64,000 bases of DNA, taken from assembly GCA_038888155.1 (NCBI GenBank), contig JAWAJB010000003.1, positions 32,001 to 96,000 of the forward strand. Reading direction: 5' to 3'. A program made the position numbers and the translations under genes. The DNA comes from Desulfurococcaceae archaeon (GTDB lineage Archaea > Thermoproteota > Thermoprotei_A > Sulfolobales > Desulfurococcaceae). This document shows positions 19,841 to 29,046 of this stretch, in pieces. The notes under the pieces are model-generated. The model worked only from the letters and a program-made list of their open reading frames with translations. It was not told where the DNA came from and made no database searches. The number at the start of each line of letters is the position of its first letter. The first letter of the stretch is position 1.

Positions 19841-20269
19841 CTATATAATTATCGCGGCGAGATTTGCTATTTGTGGCCACCTTTCAGCGGCCTCCCTTGC
19901 CACTGGACCGCGTATTTCTGTTCCCTTGGGAGTGCCCTCGGGCGTCATTATAACTACGGCGTTGTCTTCAAATGCAATCCAAGTTCCGTCCGGTCTCTTG
20001 TACGGCCTTCTTTGCCTTATGACTATTGCCTTGAATACCTTTTTACGCATCTCTGGTGTGCCCTTCTTAACGCTGACAACTACGATGTCCCCTATGCCTG
20101 CTCTAGGCACTCGCCTCAACTTGCTCTTATACTCTGGGACGCCAACGACTACCACTTCTTTGGCGCCGCTGTTATCTGCAGCCCTCATTCTCGAGGAGAT
20201 CTGCAGGCCAGTATTCATGCGCCTGCGCGAATATGCTGGTTTGCCCGCTACTGCCCTCTTAGCTCCCAC
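19841..20269 (-). CDS. rpl14: 50S ribosomal protein L14
   Basis: [22 protein letters not shown]. Confidence 0.97.
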   Translation of the reverse strand: MGAKRAVAGKPAYSRRRMNTGLQISSRMRAADNSGAKEVVVVGVPEYKSKLRRVPRAGIGDIVVVSVKKGTPEMRKKVFKAIVIRQRRPYKRPDGTWIAFEDNAVVIMTPEGTPKGTEIRGPVAREAAERWPQIANLAAIII

Positions 20270-20280
20270 TACAAATCACC

Positions 20281-20640
20281 TTAAGCACCTTTCCTAACAA
20301 TGCCTAGGACTACGAAAGAGACGGTCTTGGCTAAAGGCTTCGTCTCCCCTACTATAACCTCGTCTCCCTCCTTGACGTCTATGCATGGAGGAAGCCTTGC
20401 GCGTATGTTTCTTTTCCTCATTTCATACCTCATGTACTTCTTCACGTAGTAGAGGTACTCGTGTCTAACAACAACGGTGCGCGGCATTCTCTTCTTTACG
20501 ACTACTCCCCTCAGAGTGATGCCCCTAACCTTTAAGTGTCCGTGCCACGGGCACTTCAAGTCACTACACGCCTTCTCGGGCGGCTCTATGCCCGGTATGC
20601 CTATGTTTCTCAGCTTTACTGCAGAGCTCACGTAGTTCAC
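20281..20640 (-). CDS. rps17: 30S ribosomal protein S17
   Basis: CSDLKCPWHG, ETKPLAKTVSFVV. Confidence 0.97.
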   Translation of the reverse strand: MNYVSSAVKLRNIGIPGIEPPEKACSDLKCPWHGHLKVRGITLRGVVVKKRMPRTVVVRHEYLYYVKKYMRYEMRKRNIRARLPPCIDVKEGDEVIVGETKPLAKTVSFVVLGIVRKGA

Positions 20641-20930
20641 CTCCTAGATATAAGCACCTTCTTAAGCCTATCCCAAGGCCTTCCAATAAGGTTATCGCCT
20701 CTAATAACAGCGGCTTCCCCGCTGGGAAGCTTGAATTCAAAAACAGCTTGGCTTTTGAACACCCTAATTCTCGCGCCGCCATGTTTCTCGACTACGAGGG
20801 TCTTTAGGGTTTCATCTACCACTACTCCCTCGAGGCCTACGAGCTGGGGATCAGAGTACTGCAGTACCCTAACTCTAAGGCCTATGATTTCATGGTACTG
20901 CAGATTTCTCCTTGTGATGTAGGGCGTCAT
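20637..20930 (-). CDS. rnp1: RNase P protein subunit Rpp29
   Basis: HEIIGL, EGVVVDET, GRPWDRL. Confidence 0.93.
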   Translation of the reverse strand: MTPYITRRNLQYHEIIGLRVRVLQYSDPQLVGLEGVVVDETLKTLVVEKHGGARIRVFKSQAVFEFKLPSGEAAVIRGDNLIGRPWDRLKKVLISRR

Positions 20931-21133
20931 GTTGCAGCACTCTCCTTTTTCTTCTCGCTGTTAACTACAGTGAGTATTCGCGCAATATCCCTCCTAGTGT
21001 TCCTTATCTTGGAGGTGTCCTTGAGCAACCCCATTTTAGCCTGCAGGTAGAGCTTAACTAGCTCCACTCTGAGCTCTTCGAGCTTCCTCAACCTCTCCTC
21101 GCGGTTCATTTTAAGTACTTCTTCGCGCTTCAA
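20927..21133 (-). CDS. rpl29: 50S ribosomal protein L29
   Basis: IRNTRRDIARILT; conserved position. Confidence 0.96.
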   Translation of the reverse strand: MKREEVLKMNREERLRKLEELRVELVKLYLQAKMGLLKDTSKIRNTRRDIARILTVVNSEKKKESAAT

Positions 21134-21795
21134 CTTCCAGCACCTGTACCCGATGTGTCCTTTAGCCTTTCAACTTCAGCTTGCTGAACCTCCTTTAGCT
21201 CGACCTGATCTGGCAACTTAACGCCCGGCTTAACGATTACCACTTCAGCCCCGTATATGCCTGGCTTAAGCAAAGCCCTAACAGCAGCTCTATCTATAAT
21301 GTAGTCCACGGGCTCGCCAGCCTTGTACACTTTCCCCGCCTTTAGCTTCTCATAAGTTGCTCTTTCACCGCGCAGTTTACCGCTTATAGTGATTTCACAG
21401 CCAATTGCCCCAGCCTCCATTATTCTCCTAGTCATGAACATCATGATTCTGCGGAAAGGTATTCCTCTCTCAAGGGCTCTGATTATCCTATAGGCTACTA
21501 CTCTCGCGTTCAACTCAGGATCAGTAACTGGCGATATCGATATATTGACGTTGTCTAGCCCAAACCTCGATTGCAGAATAGTTGCGATCTTCTTTAGAAT
21601 AGATCCTCCCCTCCCAATTAACCTGCCTGGGTACTCGGCGTATATCACAACTCTGTGTCCAAGCGGCGTTTTGTACAGCTCTAGGTCTGCGTACCCTGCG
21701 TCTTTAAAGTAATTCGCTAGGAACTCGTCTACAACTACTTTTTTTAGCCCGTATGAGAGGAAGTACTGCTTTATTCTAGGGCCAACACCAACCAT
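21130..21795 (-). CDS. rps3: 30S ribosomal protein S3
   Basis: PGRLIGRGG, GCEITISGKLRGERA. Confidence 0.97.
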   Translation of the reverse strand: MVGVGPRIKQYFLSYGLKKVVVDEFLANYFKDAGYADLELYKTPLGHRVVIYAEYPGRLIGRGGSILKKIATILQSRFGLDNVNISISPVTDPELNARVVAYRIIRALERGIPFRRIMMFMTRRIMEAGAIGCEITISGKLRGERATYEKLKAGKVYKAGEPVDYIIDRAAVRALLKPGIYGAEVVIVKPGVKLPDQVELKEVQQAEVERLKDTSGTGAGS

Positions 21796-21796
21796 A

Positions 21797-22270
21797 CTAC
21801 ACAACCTCTTTGACTACTACCTCAAGGTGAGTTGTTCTACGGAATTTAGGCGTAGCCCGCCCAAACGCTCTAGGCATGTACCTTTTTAGGGTAACGCCCC
21901 TGTGGGCAGCTACGTGAGCTATTATTAGCTTATCGAGCTCTAGTCCCTTGTGCTCGGCGTTTGCCTTCGCGTTTTTTAGCAAGCTGAGCGCGTACTTAGC
22001 CCCCTTCACGGGATACCTTCCAATAGGCCACTTGAATCGGCTCGGTAGCCCCCGCTTGTGGCTAACTTTTCCGCTGTACCTCCTAAACGGAACTGGTTGC
22101 TTTAACTCGGTGACATCCTCTAGGAATTTAATGGCCTCATCGAGTTTCATTCCCTTAATTGTGTTCGCTATTTCCCTCATGTACTTTATTGAGACGGGAA
22201 TGTCGGGGAGAACGGCCTTAGCTGTTCTCTGCCCCTCTAAGTATTTAGCAGAGTAGTGCCATGTCGGCAA
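21797..22270 (-). CDS. rpl22: 50S ribosomal protein L22
   Basis: GRYPVK, PRAFGRATP. Confidence 0.97.
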   Translation of the reverse strand: MPTWHYSAKYLEGQRTAKAVLPDIPVSIKYMREIANTIKGMKLDEAIKFLEDVTELKQPVPFRRYSGKVSHKRGLPSRFKWPIGRYPVKGAKYALSLLKNAKANAEHKGLELDKLIIAHVAAHRGVTLKRYMPRAFGRATPKFRRTTHLEVVVKEVV

Positions 22271-22280
22271 GTTACTGCAC

Positions 22281-22733
22281 CTACTTCACCGCAATAAACC
22301 TGCTGCTCTTTGTAGCCTTTAAACCAGGCTCACCGTGAACAACTCTCTTCGTGGATAGGCTGAACTCGCCGAGGTAGTGTCCAATCATCTCCGGTGTTAC
22401 CTTGAATTGAACGTAGTCCTTGCCGTTGTACACAGCGAACGTAAGGCCAATCATTTCCGGCAGGATTATCATATCCCTCACGTGAGTCTTTATAATAGAC
22501 TTCTTGGCTAGCTCTGGGCTCTTTATTATCTCCCTTACCTGGCCTAGGAGCTTTATCTGCGCCTTTGTAAATCCCCTTAGCAGGCTTCTCCTCTGCCTCG
22601 AGGGTAGAAGCAAAATAAATTCATCTAGGGACATGTTTAGAAGCTCCTCAAGGCTCTTGCCGCGGTACTTAAACTTCCTCCAATCTGGGGGGACATCCTG
22701 CAAGTGCTGGGGTAAACCTGGCGCCTGAGACAA
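22281..22733 (-). CDS. rps19: 30S ribosomal protein S19
   Basis: [22 protein letters not shown]. Confidence 0.97.
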   Translation of the reverse strand: MSQAPGLPQHLQDVPPDWRKFKYRGKSLEELLNMSLDEFILLLPSRQRRSLLRGFTKAQIKLLGQVREIIKSPELAKKSIIKTHVRDMIILPEMIGLTFAVYNGKDYVQFKVTPEMIGHYLGEFSLSTKRVVHGEPGLKATKSSRFIAVK

Positions 22734-22812
22734 TTGATATCACCAGCTATAAGCACACCATCGGTAATACTCTGATACTTGCTTAAAAAGTTTATAATAG
22801 CAAGTCAAGCCT

Positions 22813-23526
22813 CTATCCCTTTCGTCTTCCAGTTCTTTTAGCTGATATGTGCCCGACTTTTCTCCCAGGTGGGGTTGTTCTTGACACTGTTGTAGGCCTG
22901 CCCACGCGCCTACCTCCTCCATGGGGGTGCGCAACGGGGTTCATTGCTACTCCGCGAACTCTAGGCCACCAGTAGCTCTTTGCCCTCCACTTGTAGTGAG
23001 AAGCGCCAGCTTTAAGAAGCGGTTTTTCAAGCCTACCCCCTCCCGCTATAACGCCTATGGTAGCTCTCGCCTCTCTCTGCGCCTCTATTATCTTTCCGCT
23101 GGGGAGCTGTATTTTCACTTTGTTCCCGGACTTCCCGAGGATTACTCCATATGTTCCGCTCGACCTTGCAAACCTCCCTCCGTCTCCGGGGTTCTTCTCT
23201 ATGTTGGAGATCTGCGTTCCCTCTGGAATGTTCCAAACAGGCAGAACGCAACCAGGGGAAATTTTAGCGCTTGGCCCGATCTCTATAACTTGTCCTACGT
23301 ATAAGCCTTCAACGGCGGGTGTGTAGAATACCTGCTCTGTCTCGAGCTCTACTTTAGCCAGCGGAACCCATCTCCCTGGGTCGTGTACGAGGTCTCTAAC
23401 AACTCCTCTGTAGGTCTTGCCGGCATCTAGAGCTGGGTACTTCGCTGGAGCAACGTGGACGTGATCTGGCGTTCTCCACGGCGATGTGCCCCTGCCCCTT
23501 CTTTGAGTAATAATTCTCTTGCCCAT
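22813..23526 (-). CDS. rpl2: 50S ribosomal protein L2
   Basis: MGKRIITQRRGRG, RGVAMNPVAHPHGGG. Confidence 0.98.
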   Translation of the reverse strand: MGKRIITQRRGRGTSPWRTPDHVHVAPAKYPALDAGKTYRGVVRDLVHDPGRWVPLAKVELETEQVFYTPAVEGLYVGQVIEIGPSAKISPGCVLPVWNIPEGTQISNIEKNPGDGGRFARSSGTYGVILGKSGNKVKIQLPSGKIIEAQREARATIGVIAGGGRLEKPLLKAGASHYKWRAKSYWWPRVRGVAMNPVAHPHGGGRRVGRPTTVSRTTPPGRKVGHISAKRTGRRKG

Positions 23527-23539
23527 ATCATATCGCCCT

Positions 23540-23818
23540 CTACATTATGCCTAGTTTCGTGGCTAGCTCTGTGGCCTTGTGCTCAGGCGCAAGTTTGACG
23601 TATGCCTTTTTTTCTCCCCTTGACGTTATTAGAGCTCTAACTCTTTCAACCTTAACGTTGAATAGGCTTTCTACTGCTTGTTTAATATCGCCTTTTGAGG
23701 CGTTAATATCTACAATAAAAGTAAGCGTGTTCTGCTTGTCTATAAGGGTTAGCGCCTTTTCGCTCTGCACTGGGCGCTTAATTACCTTAGTGAGTGGGTT
23801 TAAGCTCTCAGCGCTCAA
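23540..23818 (-). CDS. rpl23: 50S ribosomal protein L23
   Basis: SEKA, NTLTFIV, KKAYVKL. Confidence 0.96.
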   Translation of the reverse strand: MSAESLNPLTKVIKRPVQSEKALTLIDKQNTLTFIVDINASKGDIKQAVESLFNVKVERVRALITSRGEKKAYVKLAPEHKATELATKLGIM

Positions 23819-24654
23819 ATGAACATCACCTTGTACTTATTTGAAAGCACCTCTAAAGCGGACTTCGTTATAGCAGTTAGCCTTCCAGGGATCCCCCCCG
23901 GAGCTAAGTGCATTACGCTTAGATTAGCAGGTGTAGCTATATCTACTCCTGGGAGATTTCTCACAGACTTAGCGAACGGTTTGCTGTAGCTAGTTAGTAT
24001 AAATAGAACGCTTCTCGGCTCTACATATCTCCTGCCGCGCATCTTGCCTTTGCCTGATCTAACCCTTATCTTTTTGTGGCTTCTCTCAATATCGCTCCAG
24101 ACGCCAATTTTCTCGAGAAAACCTCTAACCTCCTTGGCCTTAGAGTACGAGGTCTCTACATCATCGGCTAAAATTATGGGCAGTTTACTCGCGCTGAACA
24201 CGTGTCCTCTTGCTCTAACTAGCTCTATTCTAGAGGAAGCAGCAAGTGCTGATACTATCGCTATTAAGCGCTCTCCCTTGTTCACCTCTTCGTGAATAAC
24301 GCGGTCATTTCTAGGCGGAAATGCAATGTGGCCTTTTCTGGTCGAAGCCACGAATCTAGCCATCCCGCTCGGTAGCCTAGGCACTCTCGCAAGTCCGTAC
24401 CCGACGCCCCAGTACTTTGCGCTTGTCCTCTTGCCGGCTAACGGGTCCCTGCCCTTAGGCTGTAGCATTGCTGTAAAGGCAGAGAGGAAAGCCCTGTTAA
24501 TAACATCCCTTCTCAAGGGGTAGTAGAAAAGCTCCGGTAGCTCTACTTCTCCCACTGGCTCTCCGCCGATCCCGTAAATGAGAGCGGTGAGCTTGACGCT
24601 ATCAAGGTGAGGATCCTTTATTCCCATAACGACTTGTGTCATGGATCTAGACAC
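23815..24654 (-). CDS. rpl4: 50S ribosomal protein L4
   Basis: [30 protein letters not shown]. Confidence 0.97.
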   Translation of the reverse strand: MSRSMTQVVMGIKDPHLDSVKLTALIYGIGGEPVGEVELPELFYYPLRRDVINRAFLSAFTAMLQPKGRDPLAGKRTSAKYWGVGYGLARVPRLPSGMARFVASTRKGHIAFPPRNDRVIHEEVNKGERLIAIVSALAASSRIELVRARGHVFSASKLPIILADDVETSYSKAKEVRGFLEKIGVWSDIERSHKKIRVRSGKGKMRGRRYVEPRSVLFILTSYSKPFAKSVRNLPGVDIATPANLSVMHLAPGGIPGRLTAITKSALEVLSNKYKVMFI

Positions 24655-25840
24655 CCTGCTTGCTCTCGAGGCTTAAATAAGCGATCTTCGGAGCAGAAAT
24701 TGGGAGCCACTTCAATTTAGGCCTTATTGGGTGCCTAAGTATTAACAGCCTCTTAGGGGTCCCAATTGTAGTGCCCTTAACCAGCACGTAAGGACCGTAT
24801 ACTAGCCCGTAGTGCAAGTAGCCCCCCTTAACCACTACGTCTAAGCCATAGCTCCCGATCTTCAGCACCCTCTTATTGAATTCTGTTCTCCTGTGAAACC
24901 CCATCTGCCCGGGTTGCGGGGCTTCACTTATAGAGTATGAGAAAGCAGGCCCGCGCGTTCCTATTTTCCTGCTCCCCTTTCTGTGCTTATGCCACCTAGG
25001 CAACTCCTTAACGCCAAACCTCTTAATCACGCCCTGGAAGCCGTGTCCCTTGGTAACTCCAATTACATCGGCGAACTGCCCCTCCACGAAGACGTCTAGG
25101 GGGGTTAAATAAGAGCCTAAAATGGACTTTATATAGTTGAGCGCTTCATCTAGTGTTTTGCTGTGAACCTTTACCTCTAGGATGTCCACTTTCTTCTTGC
25201 CTGTGCTAGTGAAAACAGGGGCTGTTGTAACAATAGCGCTCACGCTAGCTATATCTCCCTCAAATGTCTTCTTAAAATCCTCCTCGCTTGATTCAGCAAC
25301 GAACTTAAAGCCGTACTCGCCGTTTGGATCAGGCTTTACAAGCCCGTGGTTTGCTTTTCGCAGCCCTAGGAGGTACTTGCGTACAGCCTCCTTTGGTTGA
25401 AAGCCCCAAAGCGGGTTAGATCCATAGAACTTCTCTGTTGCTTTAATTACAGCGTCAACGGGGTTAACCCACACCTCGCTGTTGCACTTTAGGTTATTGT
25501 AGAAGTCCCTTACGTACGTCCTAGCCCCAATTACAACTACGGGCGGGGCATCTAGTATTGTAACAGGGGTGAAAACCTCCTTGCCCGTAAAAGGAGCGTT
25601 TGGTCTATCCTCAACTACTACAGCGTGAGTCATTCCAACCTTATAGACAGGGTAGGCTAGCAGCACCGGCTTAGTGGGTACTGGCGCACTGCTACCGTAT
25701 TTTTCATTGATTAAGTCGTACCAACTTCGCTCCGGCCATGACTTAATCCTTGGAGTCAGCTCCTCAGCCCTCTTTCTAGGCTTAACTCCTAGGCTTCCGT
25801 GGCGCGGTGCGTTTGATTTCCTGTGGCCCAATTCGTTCAC
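24647..25840 (-). CDS. rpl3: 50S ribosomal protein L3 (likely start TTG 25831)
   Basis: PRHGSLG, YKVGMTH, TKGHGFQG, GQMGFHRRTE. Confidence 0.97.
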   Translation of the reverse strand: MNELGHRKSNAPRHGSLGVKPRKRAEELTPRIKSWPERSWYDLINEKYGSSAPVPTKPVLLAYPVYKVGMTHAVVVEDRPNAPFTGKEVFTPVTILDAPPVVVIGARTYVRDFYNNLKCNSEVWVNPVDAVIKATEKFYGSNPLWGFQPKEAVRKYLLGLRKANHGLVKPDPNGEYGFKFVAESSEEDFKKTFEGDIASVSAIVTTAPVFTSTGKKKVDILEVKVHSKTLDEALNYIKSILGSYLTPLDVFVEGQFADVIGVTKGHGFQGVIKRFGVKELPRWHKHRKGSRKIGTRGPAFSYSISEAPQPGQMGFHRRTEFNKRVLKIGSYGLDVVVKGGYLHYGLVYGPYVLVKGTTIGTPKRLLILRHPIRPKLKWLPISAPKIAYLSLESKQGV

Positions 25841-25927
25841 CTCTTTCTAGTGGCGTATAAGCACCCTAAATGCGCTCTATTAACTTTACTTTTATAACCT
25901 TTTATACCTAAAAAGGTGAGGGGATAT

Positions 25928-26761
25928 CTAAAGTCCCCTCAGCAAAGCATTTATGACTCCAAGGGTTATAAGTAACGCCTCCTCTGTTCTAACGCTTACT
26001 ACCTCTTGGTTCGGTACAGTGTTCCACGTGCAGTCCACGCAGTTGTTCAGAGCAAAGGACTCCTGGCTAGATATTTCAAATAGGTCGTACTTAGGGCCTC
26101 CGAAAAGTATTGTTATATCGCTACCGCAAGCGTTCTCGAGTACGCTTAATTCAGGGTAACTGCCTGTCTTGTCCGTTGCTATTAAGCACTTCGAGGCCTC
26201 TCTGCATTTGTTCACTGCCTCCTTGAGGCTGTTGGCGAACGAGAGCCTAGGGCCTAAGTAAACTGTTCTATTAACGCACTTAACTAAGCGCTTCGCCCTG
26301 TCTACAACGAGCACTGGCGATATCCCTATGTGCTCCTTACACTCCTCTGATGCCCTATAGACTACGTCGTCTCCAATGAGGGCCCGGAGTTCACCGCTAG
26401 AGTCTATAAATACGTAACCTAACCTGTGCTCTCTATCTCTCGGCCTTCTGCCGACGTTGAACGCCTTAAGCCTTATTGGAGGCAACAATCCCACGTACTT
26501 TAAGCTAGAGGTTAAAGGCACTAGCGCTCTCCTCAAGTAAGGAGGCGTAAAGAAATATCTCCAGTGATCCTCTATTAGCTTCTTGTACTTTCCATGTTCG
26601 CTGATCTCCGTAGAAGGCTCCCTGTAAAAAACTACCTCACGCACTCCAAAAATAGACGACCATCGCGCAACTTGGTGTACCCTGATGGACTTAAGCACTA
26701 AGCTGTGTTCAACGCTGAGTATACTGGTAGGCAAAGCCACTCTTATTCTCGTTTTGATCAT
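25928..26761 (-). CDS. SPOUT methyltransferase, DUF171 family
   Basis: YFFTPPYLR, GLLPP, WNTVPNQ..SVRTEEA; usual neighbour of rpl3. Confidence 0.9.
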   Translation of the reverse strand: MIKTRIRVALPTSILSVEHSLVLKSIRVHQVARWSSIFGVREVVFYREPSTEISEHGKYKKLIEDHWRYFFTPPYLRRALVPLTSSLKYVGLLPPIRLKAFNVGRRPRDREHRLGYVFIDSSGELRALIGDDVVYRASEECKEHIGISPVLVVDRAKRLVKCVNRTVYLGPRLSFANSLKEAVNKCREASKCLIATDKTGSYPELSVLENACGSDITILFGGPKYDLFEISSQESFALNNCVDCTWNTVPNQEVVSVRTEEALLITLGVINALLRGL

Positions 26762-26771
26762 TAATTACACG

Positions 26772-26885
26772 CTATTGAGCTTTAGATTTCTTAGCTGGCT
26801 CCTTAGTTGCCTTTGAGCTCTCCTCTCTCTCTTTCCTAACTGTCTCCTTTATTAAGAAAATTGTAGTTCTCTGCCTTCCGCCCAA
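26772..26885 (-). CDS. Small basic protein, 37 aa (unannotated)
   Basis: TTG start, GGTGA RBS, TATA about 26936-26943; MGGRQRTTIFLIKETVRKEREESSKATKEPAKKSKAQ. Confidence 0.55.
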   Translation of the reverse strand: MGGRQRTTIFLIKETVRKEREESSKATKEPAKKSKAQ

Positions 26886-26960
26886 TGTAATCACCCGTTG
26901 GATCCTATCAATAAGAAGTTAATTTTTCGCCTCTCTTATAAATTGCAATTGCCCTCCTAA

Positions 26961-27055
26961 AGGGGGCCGCCTAGCTGGCGGGGTGGGGCTATGTTTTACT
27001 ATTCTGCAGTACTCAATGTTGGATTGGGCAGGCGGGGCTGACTTGTCCCCCTACA
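26961..27055 (+). ncRNA. Candidate hairpin RNA ending in ACA (H/ACA-like)
   Basis: AGGGGG/CCCCCT terminal stem followed by ACA; CCGCCT/AGGCGG stem; GC-rich; TTATAAAT just upstream. Confidence 0.4.
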
Positions 27056-27098
27056 GCTTCAGGTTAATATCCAAGTTAGGTGAAAGTATTTTCTTAAG

Positions 27099-29042
27099 GT
27101 GTTTTTAAAGTTGAGAGAAATTTGGCCAAAAGACGTAAAGATATACTGGGATCCTTGGAGAAATATACCCTTAATAAAGCCCAAGCAGGAGGAAATAGAC
27201 CTCCTCTATCAGCTTAGATTGACTGAGCCGGGCGATGCTCGTATAGCTTTTCAGGGCGACTACGAGAAGTTAAAGAACGCCATGAATTTAGAGTTCGGCG
27301 GCAACAGAGTTTACTCCAAGTTAGTTGAGGGGAAGTGCGTGCTGCTGAATAAGGTTCCTCACTGGGATGTCATGTACGAGGTCGTCAGCTCCGGTAACGT
27401 GATCGGCCAGTTATACTATGATCCTTATTTATCTACGTGGCGCTTCAGGCTCACGTATCAGGGGGCCTACATAGCTGTACAGGAAAACCTGGTGGAGACC
27501 GTCGTTGAAGACCAGCCACTGTACTCAGGAAAGGTCTTGGGGTCTAGGAGCAGCGTAAGCGTTAAGCAGGTAGCCATCGTAGACAGGCGGGGCGTAATAA
27601 GGGGTATTGGCGAGGTCTGCGATAGCGGGATTACTGTAATGAGGACTTTTCACGAGCGATCTTTGCCAGTAGAGTGCAGCGGCAAGGCAGCCACACTTGA
27701 CGATGTAGTTAAGCACAACGAAGAGGGCTTAAAGTCCATAGAGGAGAAGTCTATTAATTACTTGAGGAGGCTAAAGCTGAGGTACAGCGGTAAAGCGTCT
27801 ACAGTTGTCTCGTACTCTGGGGGCAAGGACAGCTTAGTCGCGCTAGACTTAGCCCACAGGGCTTTTGGAGAATTAGAGTTGATATTCAACGACACCGGGC
27901 TAGAGCTCCCCGAGACAGTTAACAACGTAGAGAAAGTCGCAGAACACTACGGTTATAAGTTACACACGGCATCCGCAGGCGATACATTTTGGAGAACAAT
28001 TGAGATCTTTGGCCCGCCAGGCAAAGACTACCGTTGGTGCTGCAAAGTAATTAAACTTATCCCAATAGCCAAGCTAGCAAAGTCTGTTTGGCCTACAGGC
28101 GCGTTGAACATTGTAGGACAACGCGCCTATGAATCAATAGATCGAGCGAAGAGCCCCCTAGTGTGGCGAAATAAGTGGATTCCCCACATGGTGAGCACAA
28201 CTCCAATCCAGCACTGGAGTCAACTGGCGTGCTGGCTTTATATCTTCAAGCGCGGTCTCCCGTACAACAGGCTCTACGAGGAAGGGTTCGACAGGCTTGG
28301 GTGCTACCTTTGCCCGTCGTGCGCGCTTGCCGAGTACCAAGACGTTAAGAGGCTCTACCCGGCTCTCTGGAGTAAGTGGAGCGTTGTTCTAGAGGAATGG
28401 AGGAGAAAGCTAGGCATGCCTGATGATTGGCTTAGATTAGGCCTGTGGAGATGGCTAACTCCATCAACTGCGAAAATAAGAATAGCGCGTTGTTTGCCCG
28501 GGTACTCAATGAACTGGAGAGGAGAGTACACTAATAGACTTAAGGGGAGTAGCTTAAATCTCGCCCCCCTTTCAGCTAAGCTCATCAGTGGAGTTCTCGA
28601 AGTAGAGTTCGATAAAGACATACAGCCTAGCGCAGCAGAGAAACTGCTTACAGGAAATGCGCTTAACTTAGGCTTCGAGGTAGTGAGGGAGAGCCCCCCT
28701 GTGCTCAGAAAGGATGGCTACGTTTTCGAGGTTTTAGGCAACACGTTAAGGTTGATCAACCACGATGAGCAGGGGTTTGAGCACTTAGTCGACTTGCTCA
28801 AGTTGGCGTATAGAGTGAGGGGATGCGCCCTGTGCGGCAGTTGCCTGTTGTGGACTAAAAGAGGTTCGGTGAAGCTAACCCCAAGCGGCCCTATTTTGCA
28901 GGGGAAGCTGGACACAGGGGACGCGAGGTTCTTTATTGACGTCTGCCCAATAAGCGATCAACTCGTGGAAAAGGTAGTAGTACCCCTTATTACGGGGGAT
29001 CTTAAGCCGCGTAGAAAGAGAGCTAAGAAGCCGCTAACGTAG
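27099..29042 (+). CDS. PAPS-reductase (PP-loop) family protein with PUA-like region and Cys clusters
   Basis: SYSGGKDS, RWCCKVIK, RLGCYLCP, C-terminal CxxCxxC. Confidence 0.88.
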   Translation: MFLKLREIWPKDVKIYWDPWRNIPLIKPKQEEIDLLYQLRLTEPGDARIAFQGDYEKLKNAMNLEFGGNRVYSKLVEGKCVLLNKVPHWDVMYEVVSSGNVIGQLYYDPYLSTWRFRLTYQGAYIAVQENLVETVVEDQPLYSGKVLGSRSSVSVKQVAIVDRRGVIRGIGEVCDSGITVMRTFHERSLPVECSGKAATLDDVVKHNEEGLKSIEEKSINYLRRLKLRYSGKASTVVSYSGGKDSLVALDLAHRAFGELELIFNDTGLELPETVNNVEKVAEHYGYKLHTASAGDTFWRTIEIFGPPGKDYRWCCKVIKLIPIAKLAKSVWPTGALNIVGQRAYESIDRAKSPLVWRNKWIPHMVSTTPIQHWSQLACWLYIFKRGLPYNRLYEEGFDRLGCYLCPSCALAEYQDVKRLYPALWSKWSVVLEEWRRKLGMPDDWLRLGLWRWLTPSTAKIRIARCLPGYSMNWRGEYTNRLKGSSLNLAPLSAKLISGVLEVEFDKDIQPSAAEKLLTGNALNLGFEVVRESPPVLRKDGYVFEVLGNTLRLINHDEQGFEHLVDLLKLAYRVRGCALCGSCLLWTKRGSVKLTPSGPILQGKLDTGDARFFIDVCPISDQLVEKVVVPLITGDLKPRRKRAKKPLT

Positions 29043-29046
29043 CAAC

